Shown here piece by piece: positions 26,724 through 39,274 of a stretch of DNA of 64,000 nt; within the stretch, counting starts at the first letter, position 1, and the number at the start of each line of letters is the position of its first letter. The DNA lies in assembly GCA_030248215.1 (NCBI GenBank), contig JASANG010003582.1, forward strand, positions 186,001 to 250,000. Reading direction: 5' to 3'. The position numbers and the translations under genes were made by a program. The stretch comes from Enoplolaimus lenunculus (taxonomy: Eukaryota). The notes under the pieces were generated by a model. It was not told where the DNA came from, did no database searches, and worked only from the letters and a program-made list of their open reading frames with translations.

Positions 26724-29700
26724 TAGGCATAAATTTTAGTCTAAGTTTTTTCGCTTGGGCTTACGCTTATGCTTTGTTTAGACTTGTGTTTGCTGAGAAG
26801 GCTAAACTTACAATGCAGTGTGCAACCGGAGGTGAAATATACCGGAGCCGGAGGTCAACAAAATTTGCCAAAGCCGGCGGTGAAACCGGAAATGGGACAA
26901 AATTAGGTAGTTACAATTGGCTGTTCATTTTGCCAATATCTGCAGATATCTATATAAAGTGTTGTTAAACCTTTGGTTTTATGCTTTTTTTGCAAAGTCT
27001 CGGTAACTGATCACTGAGGATTCACGATGTGATGTTATATTTCACCCTGGTTATATCTTCTTCCTCAAAAGCTTAATCTGTCAAAGAGGTTTCGAGCAAA
27101 CAGCACACCTTCCTAGGTTGCTAGACATTTTTCAGGAGGTCCACACAATGATTTTTGGTAACTTACAAGCAAAGGTTGAAAATTTTCTGTGGAGCCAAAA
27201 TTCTTTCAAGGAGCTGGCTCCATCTGACTACTTGCCCCGCAAGAATAATGCCGGCAAACGCTTTAGCAGTTATTGTTTCAACTGGGGTAAAACCTGGAAC
27301 ACATTTTATTCCTGCTGCAATAGCGGGCAACAGTTTGTCTGTACGTTGATGCGCTATCAAATTCAAAAAATTTAAATTGTCTGCTATCCTGATGTGATAT
27401 TCACAGTTTGTACTGCAGTACCATATGATATTCAAAATATTGTTTGTCAGTGTCATGTGACATGTTTGAAAATGTCGGCAAAGTCGTGTGAAACTGGCCT
27501 GAATGTTCTGTAGAATATAATATGATACTAAAATTTGAAGTTTGAATTATTTGTTGTACTTAGGGATATTGTTAGGCAAAATTTCCGTCAGAAACACAAA
27601 ATAGAAGCTAATTCATTACGTATTAAAAATCACTTAAAGCTACATAATCTGACTTTTCGTTATATTATTAGTATGTAAAAATTACATTGTAAACACAATT
27701 TTAGCGCAAAATTTAGGTGCAAGTTTTTGATTTCGGTTCGTGCTCGGTAGGCTTAAGTCGGGGTGCTCCAATGTGCTTCTTCCAGTGGATCACGCGGTAT
27801 CATATACCGTGACACAGAATAAGGAAACAGTGTCGCCATCACTGCTGTATTCGTTTTGTTTTAGCGATTGTTTTATTGCACCTAAGGGTTAATTGTTGTG
27901 TAAAAATACTAAAGCCATTTTAATTTGATGTTTCAGGATAGTTACTTTCAAAATTTAGACAAACTAAAGGGTAATGCCTTTATAAACAAAACGAATTTGA
28001 AAAAAAGATGATTTGCCTGGTTATAAAGATGATGAAGTTAATTTGTCACGAACTTTTCAGATGGCAGGATACAGAGTTCGTGTTCGTCAAAACCTAAATG
28101 TTGAGGTACCTACGTTTTACACGACTTATAGTTGGGTTCTTTGAGATGGCCTGGAGGCCGGCTGTTTTAAAAATACTTTGTTGCAAGGGTATTTGCCGCA
28201 AAAAATGGCGATTATTTTGAAACCCGCTAGCTTTTATTAATTTTACGTGCGTCAGAAAAACGTGTTTTATAGAGATTTTATGCGCTAAGTCAATAAACAA
28301 TGAGACAATATCGAAACTATTGGCAATTTACCACTTTTAGCTTTAAGTTTAGTTGCAATAGTTTTCTAATGTGTACAAATTAAAATGTATTGTACTAATC
28401 CCAACAGACCTAGAGCAGTTCCTCACGTTATAAAAACGTTGCGAAGAGCGTGTTGCAATCTCTATGGCACCGAACTGACCATATTTTGTATACCTTCTGC
28501 TATGAACCTAAACTTTTGTAATTCACAAAAAGTTAAACGGCTTATTGTGGTATTTGATAAAGTTTTAGAACATAAGTATTACAAAAACGTTTTCTCATAT
28601 TTTTTAAGTTATATTTTGACCAGAAAGTCCTTTTATCATAGGATTCGACTGATTTGTAATTACTAGCTTGTTGCTTGGACCGGTGAAAGAAGGCATCGCT
28701 GCTGTAAGTATCAGGGTTGTTTTGTCATATTTATGCTTTTAGAATAACATACTGTTGGCATGTAAACTCGGTTCCTTGAGTTTGTGTTGTGGTTATCATA
28801 CTGATTCGATTCTTATTGCACTGGTTCTTATAAAGAGGTTAGGAAAATTTGACAAATTTTTCGATAAAAAATTTAAGAAAATTCTTGATTCGAATTTATA
28901 AAATTCAAATAAACTCAATGAAAACGAGTTTTCACAATTGATTTGAAAAAAGACAAGTAATTAATTACTAATTTAGAACATTAGTTGAATGTAATGATTT
29001 TATTCGTATCAATTTTGAAAAATTAATAGTTTTCCTTTCGATCGACCTTGAAATTGTTGATATTAAAGGTCTGGTTCGATTATATAAATAACAACAGAAT
29101 TGTCGACTACTGTCGTGATCAAACAAAACTCACAATTACTCCACTTTGTTTATAACTCTATCCATTTTCATAATTATGTATATAGACTTTTATTCATTCG
29201 AACTTAAATAGAGCCGTTTTGTTCCGGTCACAACGGTGTGCGTAAAGTGCATTACTAAATATTACTGCACAGCTAGGCGTTTGATACAGCTGTAATACGA
29301 TTGCCATTGGTACGATAAGCGATTGGTACACAATGCATTGTACTAATAATTAATTGATACGTTAATAGATTGGTACATGACATATATATTGATAAAAAGA
29401 GTAAAATTAAAATTGCTATCTTAGTTTGCAAAAACTTAAACGTAGCTGCGAAATTTTTAATACAATAATTTGACTCTACATTGTGGCGTATTTTTTGCGA
29501 GCAAATGGTGAACACAGATGCACGTCGCCAACGGTCATTTTCTTCGTGATTTTCATGTCAAGGATGTGTATTTTTTGACTATCATTTTGACGTCAAATTG
29601 TAAAAATTGACTATTTATACTTTTCTGTTTCCTTTGCTATTTTCAAAATATACTGAGTTCGATTGTGTGCTACGTGTGATAGGGTTGTTGTATAGGAAAA

Positions 29701-30340
29701 TATACTAGGGGGAATAGTGAGATATAGCAATCAAAATTGTTCTGATAAACGCAAAACAGCATATTTTTACAAGCTTTAGAATATAAACTTGCTATATTGT
29801 TTAATCGAAATCAATTTTCTCGCTCGTTCACATGACGAAACTTTTAAACGAAGTTGCACTTCCCCAAATGAAATTGTTTACTATCCAGATATCAGTATAT
29901 GTATATTTTCACTCATCATGTTTTTTGACCGTCAAAATGTTTTTATCAATGGCGTGGTGTGCTCATGTACATCATATTGCATTTCGTTGAGTACACGCGT
30001 CGTTTTAAGTGAATTTGTGAAAACTTTCCGTGTTTTATTGGAATCAATAGTGTGTGCTGCGTAGTTAGTTTGGCCGTAGGACACCGGAAGTGGTTTCTCT
30101 GTCAGTACACCACACTGCAATAGAGCAAGCTTACGTTTCAAACACTATTTTTCCTTCCGCCTCGGCTTTAAGGGCTAACTGAGCTGCTACGGTTTTCTTG
30201 CACTGTTTTTTTCTGTTAAGCATCAGAGTTTTGTTTGCGTCCTGCCTGCATACAATGTTCCGGCAAAGTTTGTGGTGCAATTTTCCACATATACTACTAA
30301 CCATCACAGCTCAGGTTAGGAGCTTGATCCTGTAGCAAAA

Positions 30341-30588
30341 CATTGTAAAATCCAATGAGTTCATTAATCAACTCAGAGAGAATTAGTTATTTCTGTTGTC
30401 TCTGAGTTAATGCGAGCAAATATCAACTCACTATGAGCTGATTCAATTCCGAGCACGGTTAGTAATTAGCTCAGAATGCGTTAATTCAATTCAAAATCCT
30501 GAGTTCTGAAAGACCTAATTTAGAGCTCACGCTTGTCAGTCTATTAAACACATTCTGAGTTAAAATCAACTCACTGGAATTTACAGTG
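30341..30588. mobile_element. CACTG-ended MITE (CMC/EnSpm-like)
   Basis: TIRs cattgtaaaatccaatgagtt / aactcactggaatttacagtg, aa on both flanks, internal tgagtt/aactca subrepeats. Confidence 0.6.
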
Positions 30589-31218
30589 AAGAAGAATGTT
30601 TTTCGTTTTTGAAAACTTTGGTATTTCAAATCGGGTTTATGATCGATACGCCTAAACTTTTTCAGCTTGAGAAAACCTAACGTAAGATATTAATCTTGGT
30701 ATTCTATTTAAAGCACTCATTTATATCGTCTCTCCAGTAGAGTAGGTCTCAATTTCAAAACACATAGCCGAATTATGGTTTTATATGAAGCACAGAGCTT
30801 TAGTTCGGATGAGATAAGCTTTTTTGATGCTAGTAATTAAATTTATTTTTCATAAAATATGGTTTATTATGCATCGATATTATCTCAGCAGGAAACTTGT
30901 GTAAAAAATGTAAACACCCGACAAGGGATGTAACGATGTGAGTCATGCTTTCCCTATCCAAGATTGCAAGATACTCTTTAACAAGAATGCAACTGGGAAC
31001 ATTCTGTGTATTCCGTGTAAAAAAAAAGAATGTACTCAGCGCGCATTGCTTTTTTAGCCGACCCCGCTTTATTTACGGGGAGGATACGTTGCACTAATAT
31101 TTTTGAATTTTAGCTATAGTTGTTCCGATTATTTTCTTCGCGCGCTGGTACATTTTGTGCCATGTCATTTAGCACCCCAGTAGTTGCACACTCTTGTCTA
31201 AGAGTGATCATCCGCTCT

Positions 31219-31466
31219 CTGGGGCGTAGCCAAGGTGGGGGGCCAGCGAAGCATGCACCCAATGGTTTTGGAGAAATTTCATTTTTGAGTAAATTGAAAC
31301 GATGACCTTTATAATGAACAGGGCCGGAGCAGGCACCCCCGCCCGCACCACCAATTTGGGGGCCCACCCGTAAAAAGGCTTCCACCCTAACTGATTGAAA
31401 CAAAAGCCGCCGAAGTTTTGAATTGCGTAGCCCCCTTGCCAAACGAAAATCCTGGCTACGCCCATG
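31219..31466. mobile_element. GC-rich hAT-like MITE (GGGCGTAGCCA family)
   Basis: TIRs ctggggcgtagcca / tggctacgcccatg; degenerate 8-bp TSD tccgctct/tctgctca. Explains the ORF cluster at 31110-31633. Confidence 0.75.
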
Positions 31467-32831
31467 TCTGCTCATGCTGTAAAACCTACAATGTTAATAA
31501 ATATAAAGTTAGTCGGCCGTTTTCGATCGGTAGAAATATAATTTTTTACCAGAGTTTCATACAAGTACGTATTCCAATAACCAGTATGTTAATTTACAAC
31601 GCATACGAACTGGGTGTATACGAAATGGGATAGGTGAAATATATACCACGTCGAATTTCTAAAAAGACCATAAAAAGGACACTTTTTACAAGTTTTGAAA
31701 TAATTGGAATATATTATCGAGGCCATTTTTTGTCATTTCGCCCTCACAAAAAATTCTGTGGCTTACACAACTAATGCATCAAGTACACGAGTATTCTGTT
31801 CGATGAAAAGATTGGCTTGTGGTCAAATTAACATTGACGAAGCCAAGAGGACAATAAACTACGAAAGAAGTGGAGAACTGCTTTCGCATAAACGTTACGA
31901 CCAATGTAAAGAACATGGGTGGAACAGTAGTATAAACATATTCATAACTGTAAGCCTAATAGTAAGAATTAGCTTATATCTAAGCTTCATCCAAGCAATA
32001 AAAATTAGTCCAAAGCTTAAGCTTGCTCTATTCCAGTAGCAGAGAAAACGTTTCGCCGCTGAACTTTACACGGGCCAAACTTATGAACAGGGATCTTTGA
32101 CAACAGACCCGGTGAAACGCTTGATATTTCTGAAAATTATAACACAAAATGCGTAGCGGCTTGGAATATTGAGCGATCGACCATGTATAGTTCACTCGGT
32201 TACCACCAAACCGTAGCAATTTATTCGTAAAAATTTGTGAAGTCACAAAATGTGCACTAAAAACGTAAAAAAATAATGTTTTAAAAATTTGTTGTTGAAC
32301 TTAAAGTAATAAAAGGATGAACATTATTTTTCTAACTGGTGTAATTTTTGGTCTTTTATAATGATCCTCCATACAATTAAATTATGAATAAGACATCAGC
32401 GGTGGACTCAGAAATGTGGTGAAGTTTTAAATTTATGCCATTTTGTCGTAATGGATGTTACATTATTGTTGGACTTTAGTCTAACTATAATTATAAATAG
32501 AAAATTTTTTATTACATTTTATCAGCATGACTAAGTGTTGACACATGAAAATTCAGCGATCATTATGCATTAATTTACGATTGTGGCTTTTTTATAATAA
32601 AAGCAGCGGCGGCGAGTACATGGTGGGTTAGCGAGGTTCATTCCGTCCGGAAATTAAAACAAACGACGAAAAGGTCGATTAACAAGCTTTAGAAAAAAAC
32701 ACTTTGCTATACATTCACTTGTCAGTAATTTTTTATCGCTCGGTACACCCGCTTACAAACAAGTTTATATCAAGTTATAAGTTTATTTTGTTTCAAAATG
32801 AAATTCTGACTAAGCCGCTGAATATAAATAA

Positions 32832-33156
32832 CAGGGTGCAACCGGAATTATAAAATACCGGAACCGGAAAGTTAAAAAATACCGGAATCGGAAAACAAAA
32901 AATGGTTGCTACCGAAAAATATATTTTAATGCTATTTTATCGCTTTTAATAGTGTAAACACACTATGTACAATTCCAAAATCCTGAAACAAATGTAATAG
33001 CTGGAACCTATTTTTCTTTAATTTTCGAATGAGAAAAATTTTCAATATCGAAAATACCGGAAACTGCTGGTGAAAAAGTACCGGACTTATTACCGGAACA
33101 GGATAGTGAAAAATACCGGATTTCCCTACCGGACCTGGAATTCCGGTTGTACTCAG
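32832..33156. mobile_element. hAT-like MITE (CAGGGTGCAACCGGA family)
   Basis: TIRs cagggtgcaaccggaatt / aattccggttgtactcag; degenerate TSD ataaataa/atacacaa; internal accgga subrepeats. Confidence 0.75.
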
Positions 33157-36100
33157 ATACACAAGGATGTTAATTTATTATGCAGTACACAAAATTTTCC
33201 GTTTTACCTTCCACCATCGAAATCATAGATCTTCAGTCATCGGATTTAATTTGTTTGCAGGCTGCAAAGGAAGCATATGGTTTAAGCCTGGTGCACAGGA
33301 ACAAGAGATATACGTGAATCTGCGCTCAAGGGTTTTCAAAACCAGTGCTTTGTTTTCGGATTTAATGCTTAAATTTGTTTGAAGTCAAGCTCGTTTCTCT
33401 GGCAAGGTTTCTTTAACTTGTAATTTTATATTACGCCTGCCTCCTTAAACGAATCTCAGCTTTTATATCAGTTGCTACGCTTCTATGATCCCCGCTGAAA
33501 TAAAGGGGTGATATGATCAAATCCCTGCTATGCGTTATCTTTAAAATATACTAAAATAGAACAGTTTTATCAGTGCAATGTCAATGATTTAAATTTGAAT
33601 AGACAAAAACAGAAATGTAAGCTAGGGTCAAATTTGACTACCGGAAGTTTCGCTTTAACTTGTTGGTTTTAAAATTGAAGCAAATCATTAACTAATTCAA
33701 TTCAGTGACAAAATTTGAAGAAACTGAAACCATGAATTTTCAATTTTTTGCGAGCAATTGTAGCCAACAAGGGAAATTTTTTACCGGTGTATTTTGTCGG
33801 GGACATGCTGGGTGCTACCGTGACAAATTTTTTTCAAGAAATGTTGAGAGATATATCCCGTATCAGTCCTTGCGCCTCTGGCTGTCTAACCATTTTTTTA
33901 GTTTGCTTTCAGAAAAGAAAGATTTGCATCTATAGCTGCTCATTTCAAAATTTTGCCCTGGACTCCTTTGTAACTCCTCGCGACCCAATATTCTAACGAA
34001 GCCCATTCAAGAACATTGAATCTCTTTTGAAATAAATTACACTTTACCGATGATATTAACCTTAATCTATAGGTTTAACTTTTGCCTCAGGCATATTTGA
34101 AAGTAATTTGACTTTAGTTAAAACGTATGAAATTAACAAATGACAAATTCGGCAAGTGTGACTACAGAAAATGGCTTGTGGCAAAAAAATACCAAGAGTT
34201 CTTGTATGTATGTCTTAAAAATGACTTAAAATAACTTTTTTAACTTTAAACTATCAATCTCAACATTTACCCTTACTATCCGTAACCATCGTTGAGCAAA
34301 ATCGCTCGAGGTTACTAACAAATACAGTAAAACCGAAATGTAATAAAGGATTTTTCATGAACTTTTCAAAATAAATAATTAAATTTTTATTAACTGTATT
34401 TGCTGATCTCTAACTAATTTCAGCGTTGTCTTCGAATCTGAACCATTCCTGATTTAACCGAAACTGTTTTAATAAAATGTGTATTGCAGGAGCATAACAT
34501 TATTTGTTAAAGGACATTCTTACGCCTGGGCTTTAGGTTAGGCTTAGGCTCAGGGATATCTTTATCCTACTGTTGCCTTCCTGTTCTATACATTGTCCCA
34601 ATCTTATAATGGTTACTCAATTGTAACGTTAAACGCCAGTTTTCAAGTCCAACACAACCGAGTTCAAAACTCTAGTTATGGCAAATAGTTACTTAGTGAA
34701 GATTGGTAGTCAACGTCACATCCTAGAGAAGCTGAAATGTCCTAGTGATGGCTGCGGAAATTTTGCATGGTCTATCAGCGCAGCAAAATTTTTGTGGGGG
34801 TCACTAGTCCCCTGATCAATTTAGCTACGGGTCCGTAACGATAAAAGTTTTGTTTTTGTGAATGATGTTTAGAATTGATTCATCTCTATAGTATAGTGAA
34901 CAGATTTCATGCAAAATATTTTAGCAGCATTTATTGAATTGGATGTTTCCAAACTTGTCATGTTATATGCTATGCCAGGCGCCCAGTACTTGATCTAGAA
35001 ACCGGAGGGGGGCAAATACGCTGAGATGCAATATAATGGCGAAAGAAAACTCACGAGCGAGTGCACAAATCCAAATCAATAATTTGTGATCTGGGGTGTT
35101 TAGTACTTTTTTGTACCATTTTCCATCTGCGTTATGCAAGATTTTCTTGTTTCAAAAATGGAAAAGGTCCCGCCCCCTTCAGCTTCCCCGCTGCTGAGCC
35201 TCGGAGCCATGACTGGTATTTTATTACTTCAATGAATATCATACAGGATTTAACAATTGTAGTTGTACTATATTAAAATGTTGAAAGTGACTGACCTAAA
35301 TTTTAAATAGAGCGATATTTTCGAGTGCAATTTACGCTCGGCAGCTGATAATATGGCTTTTTAACTTTTCCTGTCGTCCGAATCAACTAAAAAGTTATAC
35401 TGTAAAAATCCGCTATAAGCGAGCTGTACCACGTTTGACTGAAATTTTTTTGCGATTATAGTATTAAAGATTTTTAAGTCAAAAAATCAAAGCATACAAA
35501 TTTTGAAATTTTAATCATTTTCGATGTATTCGATTGCTCTCTTTAAACACGTCTCCCGTAAAGTGGCTATCAGCAATTCTGGGGCAGACTTCTATTATTT
35601 GGACTCAAAATGGGGACCGCTTTTTTATTACTTGAACACTTATTTGGGTCACTGCAGTAGTCAATAATGCATAATACACTGTGCATTAATATTGCTATGT
35701 GTATGCACTACACCAAGTATCCACAAGACGCAAAAGAGCGCTCCTTGCACTCAAGCATCAAGCTTCTATAGCTGAGTGGTAATAAATCCCACCCATTCTA
35801 GTCTCTGACTTTCGAAATTTAGCACAAAAGTAGGGTTCCGATGAAATAGATAATATCCATGTTACAAAGAATTAGGGAAAATTTTTCAATTACACGTTAT
35901 GAGGGAAACACATTCAACTATAATGTGTTGAATATAATTTTACACGGTATTAATATTTTCAGAATTTATATAATAGGTATCAGGTGACTGTATTAATTAA
36001 ATGGATAACTAAATAATTCAGCTTTTTTAACATAATGTTGTGAAATATAATAAGTTGTATTTGTTATAGAGTAATGCCTGTTGCGTTATCATACCAGATT

Positions 36101-38345
36101 CGACTGGTAAGAGTTGCTTGAATATGATGGTCCAGGTTAATTAGATGCTAAAAGGGCTAGCCGCAAGCTTAAGTCTAGACCTTACAGTTCGCATTATCCT
36201 TATACTTAGGCTTACGCTTATACTCTTAAACGTAGGTTTAAGCTAAGGCTTAGCATAGATTTAGCGGGTAGACCCTTATAGTTAACAAGGCCAGTTTGAT
36301 AATTGTACTAAAGCTTGGTATACTTAAAATATATCTTAAAATATGACGCCAGCTTAATCAATAGCTCAATTAAGCTTAGGCTTGAACTCAACATGCAAAA
36401 CAAGGTTGCAGCAAATAGGCCAGATGAGATTGCAGCAAATTAATATGCAAGATAATGTTGGCAGTCTAAGGTGTCAGAGTTTGACAGTAAAGTCTAAAAA
36501 CGTTAATACTCTTTTTAGCTATTTCTTTATTTTCCCACGCACTAGTGTTAATTCAGTTAAAGGCACATCTCCGCCTTTCCATATTGTCGTTTATCAATGT
36601 TCTGAGCCTATTAATGGTAGAAAAAGTCTGAAGCATAAGCCAATTGCATACTGCATTTATTTCAATCATTATGTGTTTAGGAAACATTTTGAGTGTAAAA
36701 TTTTGTTGAATATAAGTTTGTTTTCTTTGAGATTGGCAACTGGCTAAATTGACTATGATAATCGTTATTTCTAGAGCGCTTGGAGAATTACAGTGATGTC
36801 GCTGCTGTTTCATTTATGTGATAGCCAGATTTCTGCGCCTCGTGGCAGCGTTCAAGGAATTAATGAAGATTTCGTTACAGGTATCTTTTTATTAGTACAA
36901 GCTACATTTCAATGCATAATGATTTATTAATTGCGCTTTATCTAATAGTTCGATTTATCTTTTGCCTTTATAACACTGATAAAGATGAACTGTCATAAAT
37001 AAGTTTAGCTCTTGTACGCTTGTGCACCTGATTTGGCTTTGGCTTAGGTTTTGAAAAAGACTTACCTATCCCTAACCTCAAACCAATGCTAAATCCTTAC
37101 CTTAAAAGTTCAATTAAGGCTGTAAGAGGAAATTTTTTATATATATTATGCTAGTTGGCGGCGAAGATACAAAATCTGGAATAAATAGGAATTAAATGAA
37201 AAGTAACCTGTCTTACAGATCTCGACAAGCTGAGCTCAACGTTAACATCTTTACGGCTGGCTGCACGACCAACGGTTCAAAAGTTACTGATTACGATATT
37301 ATAGTGCAAACGTGCACACATGTGAAAGGAATATCTAACATTCATATACTTGTAAATACAAGCTTTACCAGGTTTATTCTTTAAGCAAATTTTGATGACG
37401 GATGTGCAGTTATAAACGCAGTAATAACTTAAAATTTAAACAGCCATACCTTTTGAACCATGGGCCCTCCAGCCTAAAAGTGCCACCGTTGAACTCAGCG
37501 CCTCGAGATTCGATATCAGTAAGGTTATCCGCTTTTCATTGAATTCCTTTTATCGTACTTCCGCCCTGGGGCTGCCGGGAGATTACAGCCTCAAATACTT
37601 TTTCCAGACGCATACTTATACAATCTGGTCTTTGGTTTAGTTTAAATGAAAGGGTTAAAACATTCATCTTGCTTCTCGCTCGCTCTGCTCGCGAATTTTT
37701 CACTATATCTGGTAGTATAATGATATAAACACGATCTTATGTCGCAAGCAGGACTTCTGTAACAGCATCAGGAGCATTTTGCCTTGGAATTTCCCTCTGC
37801 TAAAAGATCTAAAGTGTGGTTTTGGGTTGGGTGCGGGCTGAGGTTGGCAAGGTACAGTTTTGTTCTATTGTAAAGATGTTTAAATAATTGCCAGTTCTAG
37901 TTAGCGCTGTACTTAGCGCCGCTTAGTCCGCCAATGTGAGGAAGCCGGTAAAAATAACCCTGTGTTGGAAAGCAAAATAAATTTCAAAAACATTACTATG
38001 TCAAAAAATGACCTTTTTTGACAAGTTTCAATACAAAAAATACGCCTGGCTTCTCGTTCGCCTCGTTCACGAAATTTTCTCTCCACGTAGGATAGTCATA
38101 TGTATGATTTTAACGAAATGAGAGTCGCGAACTGAACTCTTAATAATTGAAGCTACTGTTTCAGTCACACAGCTCCTGCATTTGTGTATTCTTTTACGAT
38201 GGCGCTATTCTTTTTTGATTTGGCGCCGTACGGCATTATGCTCACAATGATTGATGCGGCACGGTGACATGTACTGAAGGAGGGTGTCGCACGATAAACA
38301 AATGTAGTGCCACCCTTACTAGTCAACCAAAAAAAACCACCCACA

Positions 38346-39248
38346 AAACTAGAAAAAAATGCTCAGCACTTGAGCAAAAAGGGATATGTTTCATATTCCT
38401 ATTAAAAGTATGGTAAACTAGATCAGCACATTCGCTTGATGTAACCTGGAAAAGTATTAAGAAGCAATAGCTGCCAAAATCATGTTAATTATTAATTTTT
38501 CTGAAACATATTGCGGACAGCAAATCTATTTCTAACATTGAAGTTTTTGACAGGACTTGTTAGCAATTTTCAGAAATTCCTTAGGGTCGCAGAGACATGG
38601 CTGAGGTATACCGCTCTTTGATTTTGCAAGTTAATCGATGTTGCCAAAATACGGTGCGATTTGTGAGCTTCAATAGTCGTGACTATGCAGTGAAACAGAT
38701 AAATAACTCGGGTGGGAAATGCGCATTTATATAATTTGTCACTAAGGTAAAAAATCGAGTAAACTCAAAAGTCACTTATAAGTGGAGCCTTTTTAAAGCA
38801 TCAATTGCGATTCGTTTTGTGACGTCTGTTCAAGAAAGTATCTAACAAAATTGGTCATCAAAACTCTAACAGCCATTATGTCGCCACACAATGCTCTTAT
38901 GAAATTCAATTAAGTATCGTAATACAAAGCCATAGGTAAATTCAATACGTTTTGTAGAGAACTTCAATATCTATTCATGGATTCCAAGCTACATCTGTCT
39001 ACATTTCAGAAATAATTTCGCTTTGCATTCAAGAAAAGCATCTGTTTCTTACAAAAATATTACAGAAATTTTTCTGTCCGCAATATGTTTCAGAAAAATT
39101 AATAATTAACATGATTTTGGCAGCTATTGCTTCTTAATACTTTTCCAGGTTACATCAAGCGAATGTGCTGATCTAGTTTACCATACTTTTAATAGGAATA
39201 TGAAACATATCCCTTTTTGCTCAAGTGCTGAGCATTTTTTTCTAGTTT
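38346..39248. repeat. Perfect 175-bp inverted repeat (arms 38346-38520 and 39074-39248, 553-bp spacer)
   Basis: Base-by-base comparison shows no mismatch between one arm and the reverse complement of the other. Confidence 0.95.
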
Positions 39249-39274
39249 CAACCGCTTTACCAAGCTGCTGCATT

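Noticed and set aside
27118..27456. Three overlapping ORFs and a possible minus-strand exon ending in gtaagt
   Set aside because: No recognisable motif and no partner exons could be linked.
28061..33382. Possible + strand exon chain (28061-28105, 28667-28703, 33261-33382)
   Set aside because: Joins in frame but gives a short unrecognisable peptide; splice-like motifs are frequent in AT-rich DNA.
35364..35386. Minus-strand ttttag|(V)DSDDRKS* as the CerS terminal exon
   Set aside because: It needs phase 1, while the preceding CerS exon ends in phase 0; no bridging exon was found.
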